Positions 53,919-63,904 of a stretch of DNA of 64,000 nucleotides are shown piece after piece. The position numbers and the translations under genes were made by a program. The DNA is from Gemmatimonadales bacterium (GTDB lineage Bacteria > Gemmatimonadota > Gemmatimonadetes > Gemmatimonadales > GWC2-71-9), in NCBI GenBank assembly GCA_033764135.1, contig JANRJE010000012.1, positions 67,290-131,289 on the forward strand, read 5' to 3'. Every line of letters starts with the position of its first letter. The stretch's first letter is position 1. Below the pieces are notes generated by a model that ran no database searches, had not been told where the DNA came from, and saw nothing but the letters and a program-made list of their open reading frames with translations.

Positions 53919-55724
53919 ATGCGCATCACCGCTTTCTCACCGGCACTCCCCTGCCTCCTGGCCGCGACGCTGCTCGCTGGCTGCGGCGGCGGCGACGACT
54001 CGACCGGCTCGACCCCGACAGGCCCGGTTGCCACGGTGACCGTGACCCCCGGATCGCAGCAGTTCGCCTCGCTAGGCGTGACGGCCACCTTCACTGCCCA
54101 GTTGCGCGACGCGGAGGGAGCGGTAATCACCGGCCAATCGGTGGTCTGGAGCCGTCGGGGAACGGGGGCGACTCAGGTAAACGGAAGCGGCGTGGTCACC
54201 GTCGTCGCCAACGGAGTTGACACCATCGTGGCCACCTCCAACGGCCGAACCGGGCAGGCGGTGGTGACCGTTCAGCAAGTCCCGGCGGCGCTTTCACTCA
54301 CCGCCAGCGCCACCACCCTCACTCGTCTCGGCACAACGGCAACGCTGACCGGCGCGCTGCGTGACGCCAACAACCAGCCCGTCACTGGCGGCACCATTGT
54401 CTGGACCTCCGCCAACCCAGCCGCCCTTCCGGTCGACGGCACCGGCAAGGCAACCGCGGCGCGCCCGGGCTCGAGCATCGTGACTGCCACGGCAGGAGAC
54501 GTCAGCGCCACGATCACCTTGAACGTGGTGCTATCCTCACCAGTGGGCGGACCGATTCTGGGGGCGGCGATCGCGTGCAGCGGCGGCGCCGCGGGACCGT
54601 TTCCGTGCCAGGGGGTCAACCTGATGTCCTTCCTCCCGGTATCGGGAGTTGGGGGGGGGGGAGGCATCCAGCTGAATGACATCTGGGGATGGGTGGATCC
54701 CGCAACCTCCAGGGAATACGTGATGGTCGGCCGGAACGACGGTATCGCCTTCGTTGACGTGACCAACCCGCTCAACCCGACTTACCTGGGCTTCCTGCCG
54801 ATCACTCCCGGGGCAGTTGCCAACTTCTGGCACGACATCAAGGTCCACAATGACCATGCCTTCATCGTGGCCGATGGCGCCGGACCGCACGGCATGCAGG
54901 TGTTCGACCTCCGGATTCTCAGGAGCCATGCCGGGGTGCCTCGCGACTTCACGGCCAACACCGTATATCGCCAGATCAACAGCGCCCACAACATCTTCAT
55001 CAACGAGGCGAGCGGCTTCGCCTACATCGTCGGAGCAAGCGGGGGGGGTACGACCTGCGGCAGCGGACTGCACATGGTCGACATCCGCATTCCGACCGCC
55101 CCCAGCTTCGCGGGCTGCTTTGCGGATCCGCTTACGGGGCGTGCCCGCACCGGCTACACCCACGACGTGCAGTGCGTGATCTACTCGGGTCCCGATGCCG
55201 CCCATGCGGGGAGGGAGATCTGCTTCGGAAGCAACGAGACGGCGATCAGCATCGCCGACGTCACCAACAAGAGCGCCCCGGCTGCTCTGAGCCGCGCCAG
55301 CTACCCGCAACTCGGCTATACCCACCAGGGGTGGCTGACGGAAGATCAGCGCCATTTCCTGATCAACGATGAGCTGGACGAATCAGGCCAAGGGGTGACC
55401 GGCACGCGAACGTTGGTATGGGACGTCACCGATCTCGACGACCCGATTCTGGTGACCCAGTTCCTAGGACCGAACCGGGCGATCGATCACAACCATTACA
55501 TCCGCGGCAACCGGATGTTCGCCTCGACCTACCAGTTCGGGCTGCGGGTGATCGATGTCAGCTCGCCTACGGCACCGAGTGCGCTGGGCTTCTTCGACAC
55601 CGCGCCGGAACTTCCCAACACGCCGGGGTTTGGCGGCTCGTGGAGCAACTATCCGTTCTTCCCGAGCGGCAACATCGTAGTAACCAGCGGCGCCGAGGGG
55701 TTGTTCGTGCTGCAGGTTCCCTGA
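53919..55724 (+). CDS. Lipoprotein with N-terminal Big_2-like Ig domains and a C-terminal LVIVD-repeat (choice-of-anchor B) beta-propeller
   Basis: Lipobox 'LLAGCGG'. Repeated 'GxVTVVANGVDTIVATS'-type Ig segments. The LVIVD-like repeats are 'GMQVFDL', 'GLHMVDIR' and 'GLRVIDVS'. Confidence 0.7.
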   Translation: MRITAFSPALPCLLAATLLAGCGGGDDSTGSTPTGPVATVTVTPGSQQFASLGVTATFTAQLRDAEGAVITGQSVVWSRRGTGATQVNGSGVVTVVANGVDTIVATSNGRTGQAVVTVQQVPAALSLTASATTLTRLGTTATLTGALRDANNQPVTGGTIVWTSANPAALPVDGTGKATAARPGSSIVTATAGDVSATITLNVVLSSPVGGPILGAAIACSGGAAGPFPCQGVNLMSFLPVSGVGGGGGIQLNDIWGWVDPATSREYVMVGRNDGIAFVDVTNPLNPTYLGFLPITPGAVANFWHDIKVHNDHAFIVADGAGPHGMQVFDLRILRSHAGVPRDFTANTVYRQINSAHNIFINEASGFAYIVGASGGGTTCGSGLHMVDIRIPTAPSFAGCFADPLTGRARTGYTHDVQCVIYSGPDAAHAGREICFGSNETAISIADVTNKSAPAALSRASYPQLGYTHQGWLTEDQRHFLINDELDESGQGVTGTRTLVWDVTDLDDPILVTQFLGPNRAIDHNHYIRGNRMFASTYQFGLRVIDVSSPTAPSALGFFDTAPELPNTPGFGGSWSNYPFFPSGNIVVTSGAEGLFVLQVP

Positions 55725-55736
55725 TCAGGGCTCTGC

Positions 55737-56066
55737 TCAGCGGTTCTCGACTGTTTCCACCACCACCGTGAAGGTGCGCTGGTCGCCGTGCTGGAGGGCA
55801 CCCACACCGACGAGCTGGTGAGCGACTTCCTCACCCCGCTCGTTGGTAATGGTGAAGACCATGGTGTATTCCACGCTGCCGCGAGGCGGCCCCTGGACCA
55901 CTCCTTCGATCCGGAGCGCCTCGGTGCGGCTCCTGGTGTCGCGCGCGGCGGTCGGCCCCGCAAAGCGGAGATGGTGCCGACACGAGGGACAGACGTCGGC
56001 ACTCTCCAGAATGGTGGCGCGACAGTGGGGGCAGCTTCTGGTGGCGCCCGGTGACCCGCTGCTCAC
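55737..56066 (-). CDS. Zinc-ribbon protein (CPHC...CPSC), co-transcribed with bactofilin
   Basis: A 109-aa protein with 'CPHCRATILESADVCPSCRH'. Its ATG overlaps the bactofilin stop (ATGA). Confidence 0.55.
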   Translation of the reverse strand: MSSGSPGATRSCPHCRATILESADVCPSCRHHLRFAGPTAARDTRSRTEALRIEGVVQGPPRGSVEYTMVFTITNERGEEVAHQLVGVGALQHGDQRTFTVVVETVENR

Positions 56067-56536
56067 GCTGCGCCGGAGGCGGCTGCCCGGGCGACCTTGT
56101 CGTCCCAGCCGAATTCGACATTGCCACGCATCTTGCTTCCGGCCGCCACGGTGAGGGAACCGGCCTTGACGTCGCCGGCGATCACCCCGCTCTGCTGCAG
56201 CTCGACGCGGGTGGCGCCCTCGATGTTCCCTTCGAGTTCCCCGGCCACCGTGACGGTCGCGGCCCGCACGCTGCCGGTCACCTTGGCGCCGGCCTCGATG
56301 GTGACGTTGCCCTGAACGTTGATGTCGCCCTTGAACCGGCCAGCCAGACGGACGTGGCCCTGACCGGAGATGCTCCCCTCGATGGCGATGTCGGCGGCCA
56401 ACACCGACTCCTGACTGTCACGGGCGGCGGGGCGATGGGATGCGTCGGTCATCGGCGGGACCTCTGGGCGGATGGGGTTCGTTGGTGGGGGCGGCGCGGC
56501 CGGCTTGGGCTGGGGTTGTTCCTTCCAGATTGCCAT
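56063..56536 (-). CDS. Bactofilin (DUF583) cytoskeletal protein
   Basis: ATG at 56536 was chosen. A right-handed beta-helix repeat pattern 'ISGQGHVRLAGRFKGDINVQGNVTIEAGAKVTGSVRAATVTVAGELEGNIEGATRVELQQSGVIAGDVKAGSLTVAAGSKMRGNV'. Confidence 0.8.
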   Translation of the reverse strand: MAIWKEQPQPKPAAPPPPTNPIRPEVPPMTDASHRPAARDSQESVLAADIAIEGSISGQGHVRLAGRFKGDINVQGNVTIEAGAKVTGSVRAATVTVAGELEGNIEGATRVELQQSGVIAGDVKAGSLTVAAGSKMRGNVEFGWDDKVARAAASGAA

Positions 56537-56849
56537 CGGTGCAGAACTCCGGGTTGAGATCGAATGCTGCGGGTGGAAGGTGTGACGTCGGACCACGGGT
56601 GGACCACACCGCCCTTCGGGAGTATCGGCGTCTCATCGCCTCCCTGATCTGCCCCAAAGATACCATCACTTCGGAGTGCAGGGCGATTCATTGATGCCAC
56701 ACCGTGGCGCCGGTGCCACGCGAGTGGCCCATCAATCCCCCACCGGGTCGGCTTCATCCCGCCAAACCGAGTCACAACGGGCCTTCCCAGCCATCACAAC
56801 AACGGTCCACCAGAGGCCCGGGACCTGCATTGGGTAGGAACGAATCAGA

Positions 56850-57518
56850 TTGGTGCCCCTGAAACCCCCATCTGGAGCAGGTGTGATCGAAACGGCGTCG
56901 TTGGTCGAGTACTGGGACCGTGGCTTCCTGGCGATGCCAGGCGAGTTCGGGGCTGAGGAGGTGGCTGCCTGGCAGACGGAGAGCAGCCGGTTGGCGCGCC
57001 AAGGTCGCCCCGGTGCGGCGCTTGACCGGGTGGTCGAAGCGTCGGCCTCCTTCGCTGCACTGGCACGGGATCCACGAATCCTCGATCTGGTGGGTCACCT
57101 GTTCGGCCATGCCGCCGTGCTGATGGAAGCGTCATTGTTGACCAGCCGGTTGCGCCGGGCCACCAGGCCGTTCCTCCGCCATCACAGCTCGCGAAGCGGA
57201 TTCGGCGTTCCTCCGGACCAGATGCTGACGGTGGCGGTCGGCATCGCGCCAGCTAATCCCGATGCGGTGGCGGTCGAAATGCTCCCGGAGCAACACCGTC
57301 CCACTCCAGCACCCCTCGACATCCCCGTTCGAAAGGGACACCTTTCCGGGGTCCATGTGCAGCCGCTCGCCCCCGGCGACCTGCTCTGCATTCACAGCTT
57401 GACGCCGCACCGCTTCCGTCCTGCTCCTCTGGCAGAGGCTCCGGCCACCCTCAGACTGAGCTACGTGGTGGATTCAGCGGGCGGAATCTACGATCGCGTT
57501 CGCGCCTGGCGAGGCTGA
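56850..57518 (+). CDS. PhyH-like (phytanoyl-CoA dioxygenase fold) protein, apparently degenerate and lacking the HxD iron ligands
   Basis: The 'VEYWDRGFL...' N-terminus and '[14 protein letters not shown]...R..LSYV' resemble the PhyH family, but the HxD facial triad is not evident. The start is unclear. It could be a pseudogene. Confidence 0.35.
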   Translation: MVPLKPPSGAGVIETASLVEYWDRGFLAMPGEFGAEEVAAWQTESSRLARQGRPGAALDRVVEASASFAALARDPRILDLVGHLFGHAAVLMEASLLTSRLRRATRPFLRHHSSRSGFGVPPDQMLTVAVGIAPANPDAVAVEMLPEQHRPTPAPLDIPVRKGHLSGVHVQPLAPGDLLCIHSLTPHRFRPAPLAEAPATLRLSYVVDSAGGIYDRVRAWRG

Positions 57519-57546
57519 TCTCTCCGGGCCATGTCCGGAGGTGACC

Positions 57547-58461
57547 ATGCTCGACCGTCGCAACTTCCTGCACGCCTCCGCTACCGGACTCTGGGCACTC
57601 GGGCTTGGACCGAGGTTGTTGCGTCGTTCCCCGCCAAGGTTCCAGATCTCGCTTGCAGAGTGGTCGTTGCACCGCGCCCTGCAGCGGAAGGAACTCGACC
57701 ATCTTGACTTCCCCGCCACAGCCCGCCGTGACTACGGCATCGACGCCATCGAACTCGTCAACACCTTCTTCAAGGACAAGGCAGGCGACCAGCGCTACCT
57801 GGCCGACTTCCGGAAGCGGGCCGACAACGAGGGGGTCAGCACCCTGCTGATCATGTGCGATGGCGAGGGACGCCTCGGCGACCCCGACGCTGCACTCCGC
57901 GAAACCGCCATCACCAACCACCATCGCTGGGTGGAGGCGGCGGTCGCACTCGGTTGCCACTCCATCCGCGTCAACGCCGCCAGCAGCGGTTCGTATCAGG
58001 AGCAGCAGCGACTGGCTGCGGACGGCCTGCGCCGGTTGACTGAATTCGGTGCCGACCACCAGATCAACATCATCGTCGAGAATCATGGTGGCCTCTCCAG
58101 CAACGGCGCCTGGCTGGCCGGGGTGATGCGTCAGGTCAATCACCCTCGCTGCGGCACGCTGCCCGACTTCGGCAACTTCTGCGTGCAGCCCGGGGCGGCC
58201 GGCGAGCCCTGCGCCGAGATGTATGATCGCTACCAAGGTGTCGCCGAATTGATGCCGTTCGCCAAGGCGGTCAGTGCCAAGTCGCACGACTTCGACGACG
58301 CCGGCAATGAAACCGGGACCGACTACCGGCGCATGCTCGACATCGTGGTCCGGGCTGGTTACAACGGTCACCTCGGCATCGAATACGAGGGCTCCCGACT
58401 GAGCGAACCGGACGGCATCCGGCGCACCAAGGAGCTGCTGGAGCGTTATCGTGATGCCTAG
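57547..58461 (+). CDS. TAT-secreted sugar phosphate isomerase/epimerase (xylose-isomerase-like TIM barrel)
   Basis: '[21 protein letters not shown]' is a twin-arginine signal. A TIM-barrel AP-endonuclease-2-like pattern ('IIVENHGG', 'HLGIEYEG'). Confidence 0.75.
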   Translation: MLDRRNFLHASATGLWALGLGPRLLRRSPPRFQISLAEWSLHRALQRKELDHLDFPATARRDYGIDAIELVNTFFKDKAGDQRYLADFRKRADNEGVSTLLIMCDGEGRLGDPDAALRETAITNHHRWVEAAVALGCHSIRVNAASSGSYQEQQRLAADGLRRLTEFGADHQINIIVENHGGLSSNGAWLAGVMRQVNHPRCGTLPDFGNFCVQPGAAGEPCAEMYDRYQGVAELMPFAKAVSAKSHDFDDAGNETGTDYRRMLDIVVRAGYNGHLGIEYEGSRLSEPDGIRRTKELLERYRDA

Positions 58462-58488
58462 TGTTTCGACGTCTCTCGCCGGAAAGGG

Positions 58489-58516
58489 GACATTGCTCCC
58501 GTTCACCGTTCACCGT
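58489..58516. repeat. (GTTCACC)x4 tandem heptamer, the reverse complement of the GGTGAAC/GGTGAAA unit
   Basis: 'gttcaccgttcaccgttcaccgttcacc' was read directly, upstream of the S15 peptidase gene. Confidence 0.85.
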
Positions 58517-58610
58517 TCACCGTTCACCCTGGCGTGGTAGCGGCGCGAGCAGTAGGCACGACTATATTTTCGCTCCGCCCCGCGCTCCCGCCCCAGCCCA
58601 TGAGACAACC

Positions 58611-60444
58611 ATGCATCGAACCAGCATCGCCACCTCTCTCCTGATCCTGATGGCCGCCCCGCTCACGGCCCAGAATCCCGCCACCGCGCGTGCGGTGTTC
58701 GAGAACGGGATGGCACAGGTGGTACCCGCCTTCAGCGACAGTACCCAATGGATCCGCGAGCGGCTCTGGGTCGAAACCGAATTCGACACCGATGGCGACG
58801 GCCGGCTCGACCGGGTCCATGTCGACGTCACCAGGCCGCGGCAAACCGACGAAGGACTCAAGGTTCCGGTCGTGTACGAGTCGAGCCCCTACTTTGCCGG
58901 CACCTCCGGTCCGCGGGAGCACCTCTGGGACGTGCGCCAGGAGGTCGGCGCGCCTCCCCCCCCCCCGTGCCTCCCAGCCGGAGATCGTATTCCAGCCCGA
59001 CCGGCAGCGGGTCAGCAACTCGCAAATCCGGGACTGGGTACCGCGCGGCTTCGCGGTGGTGCACTCGGAATCACCGGGCACCGGGCTGTCCCAAGGCTGT
59101 CCCACAGTCGGCGGCCGCAACGAGTCGCTGGCGCCCAAGGCGGTGATCGACTGGCTCAACGGGCGCGCGCGCGGCTTCACCACCCGGGACGGCACTGAAC
59201 AGATTCGAGCCACCTGGACGACCGGCAAGGTGGGGATGACGGGGACGTCGTACAACGGCACCCTGCCGCTGGCCGCCGCCACCACCGGTGTCAAGGGACT
59301 CGAGGTGATCATCCCGATCGCGCCGAACACCTCCTACTGGAACTACTATCGCTCGTTCGGACTGGTGCGCCATCCCGGCGGCTGGCTCGGCGAGGATATT
59401 GACTTCCTCTACGACTTCATTCACTCCGGCGATCCGGCGCGGCGCGCCTGGTGCAACACCACCGTCCGCGAGGACGAGATGCACGCCAACATGGACCGCC
59501 AGACCGGCGACTGGAACGACTGGTGGGCCGGCCGCGATTACCTCCCGCAGGTACCGGGGATCCGCGCCGCGGTGCTGATGGCGCATGCCTGGAATGACTG
59601 GAACGTGATGCCCGAGCACAGCGCGCGGATCGTCGAGGCACTCAAGGCCCAGGGAAATCATGTTGCGGTGTACTACCATCAGGGTGGTCATGGCGGCCAG
59701 CCGCCACTGGAGATGATGAATCGCTGGTTCTCGCACTACCTCTACGGCATCGACAACGGGCTCGAGCAGGATCCCAAGAGCTGGATCGTGCGGGAGGGCG
59801 ATGACCGGCTCAAGCCCACCGCCTATCCCGAATGGCCACACCCGGCCGCCAGCGACGTCACCCTGCATCTTGGCTCCGGCGGCAGTGGGCGGGGCTCGCT
59901 GTCGTTGGCACCTTTGTCGGGCCAGGGTTCAGAAAGTCTGGTCGACAATGTCGAGCTGGCCGGTGCCGATCTGGCGAAGGCCGCGAGTTCGGAGCATCGC
60001 CTCATCTATGCCACGGCCGAGCTCACCGAAGCGGTGCATCTCTCGGGAACCGCCCGGATCACGGTGCGGATGGCCTCGAGCAAGCCGGCCGCCAACTTGA
60101 GCGTCTGGCTGGTGGCGCTGCCATGGAACGATGCCGCGCCGCGTCAGCCTAACTTCAGCGTGATCACCCGCGGCTGGGCCGACCTGCAGAACCGGCTCTC
60201 ACTGGTCAAGGGCACTCCGCTGGTCCCGGGGGAGATGGTGGAGATGTCCTTCACCCTGCAACCCGACGATCAGGTGATCCCCGCCGGCAAGCGGATCGGG
60301 TTGATGATCTTCTCCAGCGACCGCGACTTCACCCTATGGCCCGAGCCGGGTACCAAACTGACGCTGGATCTCGACGGTACCACGCTGACCTTGCCCGTGG
60401 TCGGGGGGGGGGAGGCGTTGCGGAAGGCGGTCGGAGGGGGGTGA
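58611..60444 (+). pseudogene. X-Pro dipeptidyl-peptidase / CocE-NonD family (S15) hydrolase gene interrupted by a frameshift at a C11 homopolymer (58956-58966). The N-terminus runs 58611-58965 in one frame and the rest continues in the next frame to 60444
   Basis: The N-terminus 'MHRTSIATSLLILMAAPLTAQ...VPVVYESSPYFAGTSGP...GAPPPPP' (frame 0) is collinear with '...PPPRASQPEIVFQPDRQRVSNSQIRDWVPRGFAVVHSESPGTGLSQG...MTGTSYNGT' (frame 1), the S15 nucleophile context. The two frames meet inside the poly-C run. Confidence 0.75.
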
Positions 60445-60545
60445 ACGGGGGGGACAGGAAAAGGTGAAAGGTGAAAGGTGAAAGGGGGTCCAGTGACAGC
60501 ATCCCTTTCACGTTTCACCTTTCACCTCGGCGCCTGGGTTCACCC
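60445..60545. repeat. Palindromic element (GGTGAAAG)x3-GGG ... CCCTTTCACGTTTCACCTTTCACC between the convergent S15 peptidase and TPR-kinase genes
   Basis: Read directly. An inverted GGTGAAA triplet. Confidence 0.85.
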
Positions 60546-60562
60546 TCGGTATTGCCGGGCTC

Positions 60563-63500
60563 CTACCCTCTCTCCTGCTCCAACCTCGCGATCCGCTCGC
60601 GGATCTCCCGCACCCTGGGCTGCAGCTCGGGATCGGCGTTCTGCCACAGCTCCACGAAGGAGCGGTAGCGCTCGAGCGCCTTGGTGCGATCGCCTTTTTG
60701 TTCGTAGAGCTCACCAAGTTCCTGCAGCAAGCGAGGGTGCCAGGTCGACGCGGTATTGGCGAAGGGATCCGGAATAGCAAGCGAGCGTTCCATCGAGGCG
60801 ATCGCGGAATCGACCTGCCCCATCGCCCGGAAGGCAACACCGTGCAGAGCGGCCGCCGCCTTCGGCGGAGCCGCGTACCGCGCCTCCGCCCGGCGCCCCT
60901 CCGTGATGGCGTCCTGCCAACGGCCCTCGGCGTATGCGAGCAGCGAGGCAGTGCCGATCCGAAATGCTTCGGGGTCCGGATTGAGCCCGGCCTGATCGCG
61001 TTCCCATCCCGCGGCAGCACGGCGAATCAGCGGAGGATTTCGGGTCAGCGCGCCGATGACGCGCAACGTCCCCCACGGGCGCTCGCTCACCGGGATCTCC
61101 TCCATCGGGACCCGCTGCAGTCCGCGCTCGACCACGGCCAGCGCACCGGCGTCGTCGCCGGCGGCCTGTCGGATGAACGCCGAGTCGAGGTAGAACGCGA
61201 GCCGCGACGCACCAGTCGGGCGAGCACGAAGCAGGGCGTCCGCACTTCGCGTGTAGGCCGTGCTGGCATCACGGATCCGCCCCTCCAGAATGGCGATCTC
61301 CCCGAGGCTGTTGTTGGCCCGAAGCGCCTGACGGAGCGTCTTGGGGTCGGTCGCAATGGCACGCGCGATCGAATCCGCCCGGTCCCGATCGCCCTTGCCC
61401 CAGGCCACGTACCAATCGCCCTCCCAGACGTCATTGCTGTTGGGGAAGGTGGCGCGGAACAGCGCCTGCGTGGAATCGAGCGCGGCGGTGTTGCCGTTGT
61501 TGATCTGGGCGATGAGCAGATTGGTGAACGCCCCACCGAACGGTTGTGGGAGCTTGATCACCTTGCGGTACAGCGACTCGGCGCGCTCATACTGGTACAT
61601 CTCCCCCAGCACGACCGCCGCATTGTTGATGGCCGAAGTGCTGAGCGAATCGAGCTCTGCCGCGGCCTGATAGGCGGCCAGTGCCTTGGTGCGGTCCGGC
61701 TCGGGCCCTCGGGTGAAGTAGAACCCTTCGGTCAGGAGCCGCTCCATCTCGGTGAGGCGAGCGCGGTGCCGGTACGCGGTCGAGACCGCGTCGATCATTG
61801 CCTGTCGGTCGCGTCCCTCGTTGTTGATCAGGACGGCCAACTTGCGCCACGCCATGGCGAAAGCAGTGTCGAGCTCGACCGCCTCGCGGAGCAGCGCCAT
61901 CCCGCGCTCCATCTCGCCTTCCTCGTCGGCCAGCCGCATTCCTTCCACGTACTTGCGGAGCGCCGGCAGCGAGGGGGTGGTGACCCGGTCGAGCTCGCTG
62001 CTGGCACGCACCGCCTTGAGCGACTCACCTGCGCGCGCACGCACCTGCTTGGAAATCTTGCCCAATGCCCCGAGAAGGGCGTCGTCGTTGGCGGCTTCCT
62101 CACGGAAGAGGGCGAGGTCCTTGCCATCGAGCGCCGAGACCAGGCGAGCCGAGATGACGTAGCTCTGGCCCAACCGGGTGATGCTGCCGTCGAGCACTGC
62201 CTTGGCACCCTCGCGCGTGGCGATCTGCTGCGAGAGCTCGAACAGGAGCGGCGAGTCCACCGGGCGTTGCATCAGGGTGAGCTGCTCACGGATGTCAGAT
62301 CGTGTGAGGATGCGCAGCGTCGCCGACTGCGCGAGGTCAGTGCGCAACGCCTCGGCCACGGTGGCGCCAAGCGTCGAATCGGAGGGGGGTGAGACGAAGT
62401 CCGCCACCATGACGAGGCCACTCTCGCCGAGCGCGCCCTTGGCCGCCAGCGACGCCATCGGCCCGACGCCGATCGCCCGCATCACCATGAATCCCACCAC
62501 CAGCACCGCAAAGCCGCCGACCGCGAATGCCCCCCCCATCCAGGCGCGCCGCCAGGAAACGTGTGGACTCGCCTTCAGGGCCAGCGTCGCCATCGTCCCC
62601 TGCGGCGACGGTGTGCGATGCGGCGTGGCGGTAAAGGCGCGGTGCGCGGTCCGCTGAATGAAGGCCGTCGCCAGTAGCACCGGCAGGCCGGCCAGCATCA
62701 CCCCGACTGCCCCAGGCAATACCCAGTCCGGCAGCCCGATCGCCTCGCGAGCCGCCCAGGCGGTGATCACCACCGCCAGCGTCGCCCCCGCCCAGAGCGC
62801 CAGCGCCCGCCCCAACCGGATCGGACCACCCTGCAGGATCGCCGGCATTCCGGCTCCGCTGCCGCTCGGGGTGATGGTCTCCAGCAGCTGTACCAATTCG
62901 CCGGCCTGCTGCGGCCGACCGTCGGGATCCTTGGCCAGGCAGCGCATCACCAGCTCCCCGAACGCCGGCGGGCAATCGGGGCGCAACTCGGTGACCGGAC
63001 GCGGCGTCTCGCTCATGTGGGCGGCCAGCACCTTGGTGGGAGTCGACGCCACGAACGGCGGCCGGCCGGTGAGCACCTCGTACGCCATCACGCCGAACGA
63101 GTAGATGTCGGCGCGATGATCCACGGTCGGGTCGCCCAGCGCCTGTTCCGGTGCCATGTAGGCCGGGGTGCCGATCGAGGTGCCGACCTGCGTCAGGGTA
63201 AGATTGCCGGCCGGCTGATCGGTGCGCGCGGCGCTGATCGCCTTGGCGATCCCGAAGTCGGTGACCGTGGCCGTACCGCTGGAGAGGAGCACGTTGTCGG
63301 GCTTGATGTCGCGATGGACGATTCCGCGGGCATGGGCGTAACTGAGGGCTCGGGCCACGTCCCGCAGCACGCTCACCGCCTCGCCTATCCCGATGGCGCC
63401 CCGACCGAGCCGGTGACGGAGCGAATCGCCATCGACGTAAGGCATCGTGAACCAGGGGATGCCGTCCACCTCGCCCGCCGTGAGCACCGGCACCACGTGC

Positions 63501-63718
63501 GGGTGTTGCAACTGCGCTGCCAGCATCACCTCGCGCCGGAAGCGCTCGACCGAAAGTCCCGCCAACAGCTCCGGAGCGAGCACCTTGACCACCACGCGCC
63601 GATCAAACGCCAGCTCCCGGGCCAGATAGGTGCGCGACATCCCGCCGCCGCCGAGCTCGCGCTCAAAGGCGTAGCCGCCGGCCAGGGCCTGCTCGATTGT
63701 GGTCCGGAGGTTGTCCAC
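60563..63718 (-). CDS. Ser/Thr protein kinase with a TM segment and a long C-terminal TPR-repeat domain
   Basis: GTG at 63718. 'LGGGGMSRTY', 'VVKVL', 'HRDIKPDNVLL', 'DFGIA' and 'GTPAYMAPE'. Two TM segments follow, then about 600 aa of TPR-like helical repeats. Confidence 0.85.
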   Translation of the reverse strand: MDNLRTTIEQALAGGYAFERELGGGGMSRTYLARELAFDRRVVVKVLAPELLAGLSVERFRREVMLAAQLQHPHVVPVLTAGEVDGIPWFTMPYVDGDSLRHRLGRGAIGIGEAVSVLRDVARALSYAHARGIVHRDIKPDNVLLSSGTATVTDFGIAKAISAARTDQPAGNLTLTQVGTSIGTPAYMAPEQALGDPTVDHRADIYSFGVMAYEVLTGRPPFVASTPTKVLAAHMSETPRPVTELRPDCPPAFGELVMRCLAKDPDGRPQQAGELVQLLETITPSGSGAGMPAILQGGPIRLGRALALWAGATLAVVITAWAAREAIGLPDWVLPGAVGVMLAGLPVLLATAFIQRTAHRAFTATPHRTPSPQGTMATLALKASPHVSWRRAWMGGAFAVGGFAVLVVGFMVMRAIGVGPMASLAAKGALGESGLVMVADFVSPPSDSTLGATVAEALRTDLAQSATLRILTRSDIREQLTLMQRPVDSPLLFELSQQIATREGAKAVLDGSITRLGQSYVISARLVSALDGKDLALFREEAANDDALLGALGKISKQVRARAGESLKAVRASSELDRVTTPSLPALRKYVEGMRLADEEGEMERGMALLREAVELDTAFAMAWRKLAVLINNEGRDRQAMIDAVSTAYRHRARLTEMERLLTEGFYFTRGPEPDRTKALAAYQAAAELDSLSTSAINNAAVVLGEMYQYERAESLYRKVIKLPQPFGGAFTNLLIAQINNGNTAALDSTQALFRATFPNSNDVWEGDWYVAWGKGDRDRADSIARAIATDPKTLRQALRANNSLGEIAILEGRIRDASTAYTRSADALLRARPTGASRLAFYLDSAFIRQAAGDDAGALAVVERGLQRVPMEEIPVSERPWGTLRVIGALTRNPPLIRRAAAGWERDQAGLNPDPEAFRIGTASLLAYAEGRWQDAITEGRRAEARYAAPPKAAAALHGVAFRAMGQVDSAIASMERSLAIPDPFANTASTWHPRLLQELGELYEQKGDRTKALERYRSFVELWQNADPELQPRVREIRERIARLEQERG

Positions 63719-63904
63719 CCGAAATCCGATCTATGGGGTATCACCGAATATGGGGTGAGGGCGCGTGAGGGGAAAGGGGAAAGGGGGACGGGGGAAAGGG
63801 GGACAGGGGAAAGGTGAACGGGGCGTGAAAGGTGAAACGGGAAACGGGATACCGGAATTCCCCTCGTCCCGACCGCAGGGAGCAACTGTCTTTCGGCTGA
63901 GGTT
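63719..63904. repeat. Composite element: (GGGGAAAG/GGTGAAAG)-type repeats plus the core CCCTCGTCCCGACCGCAGGGAG, between the kinase start and an IS110 transposase fragment
   Basis: Read directly. The core motif is shared with 40069 and 43714. Confidence 0.8.

Noticed and set aside
60698-62392. 564-aa plus ORF antisense to the TPR kinase
   Set aside because: A spurious ORF inside the TPR-repeat coding region of the minus-strand kinase.
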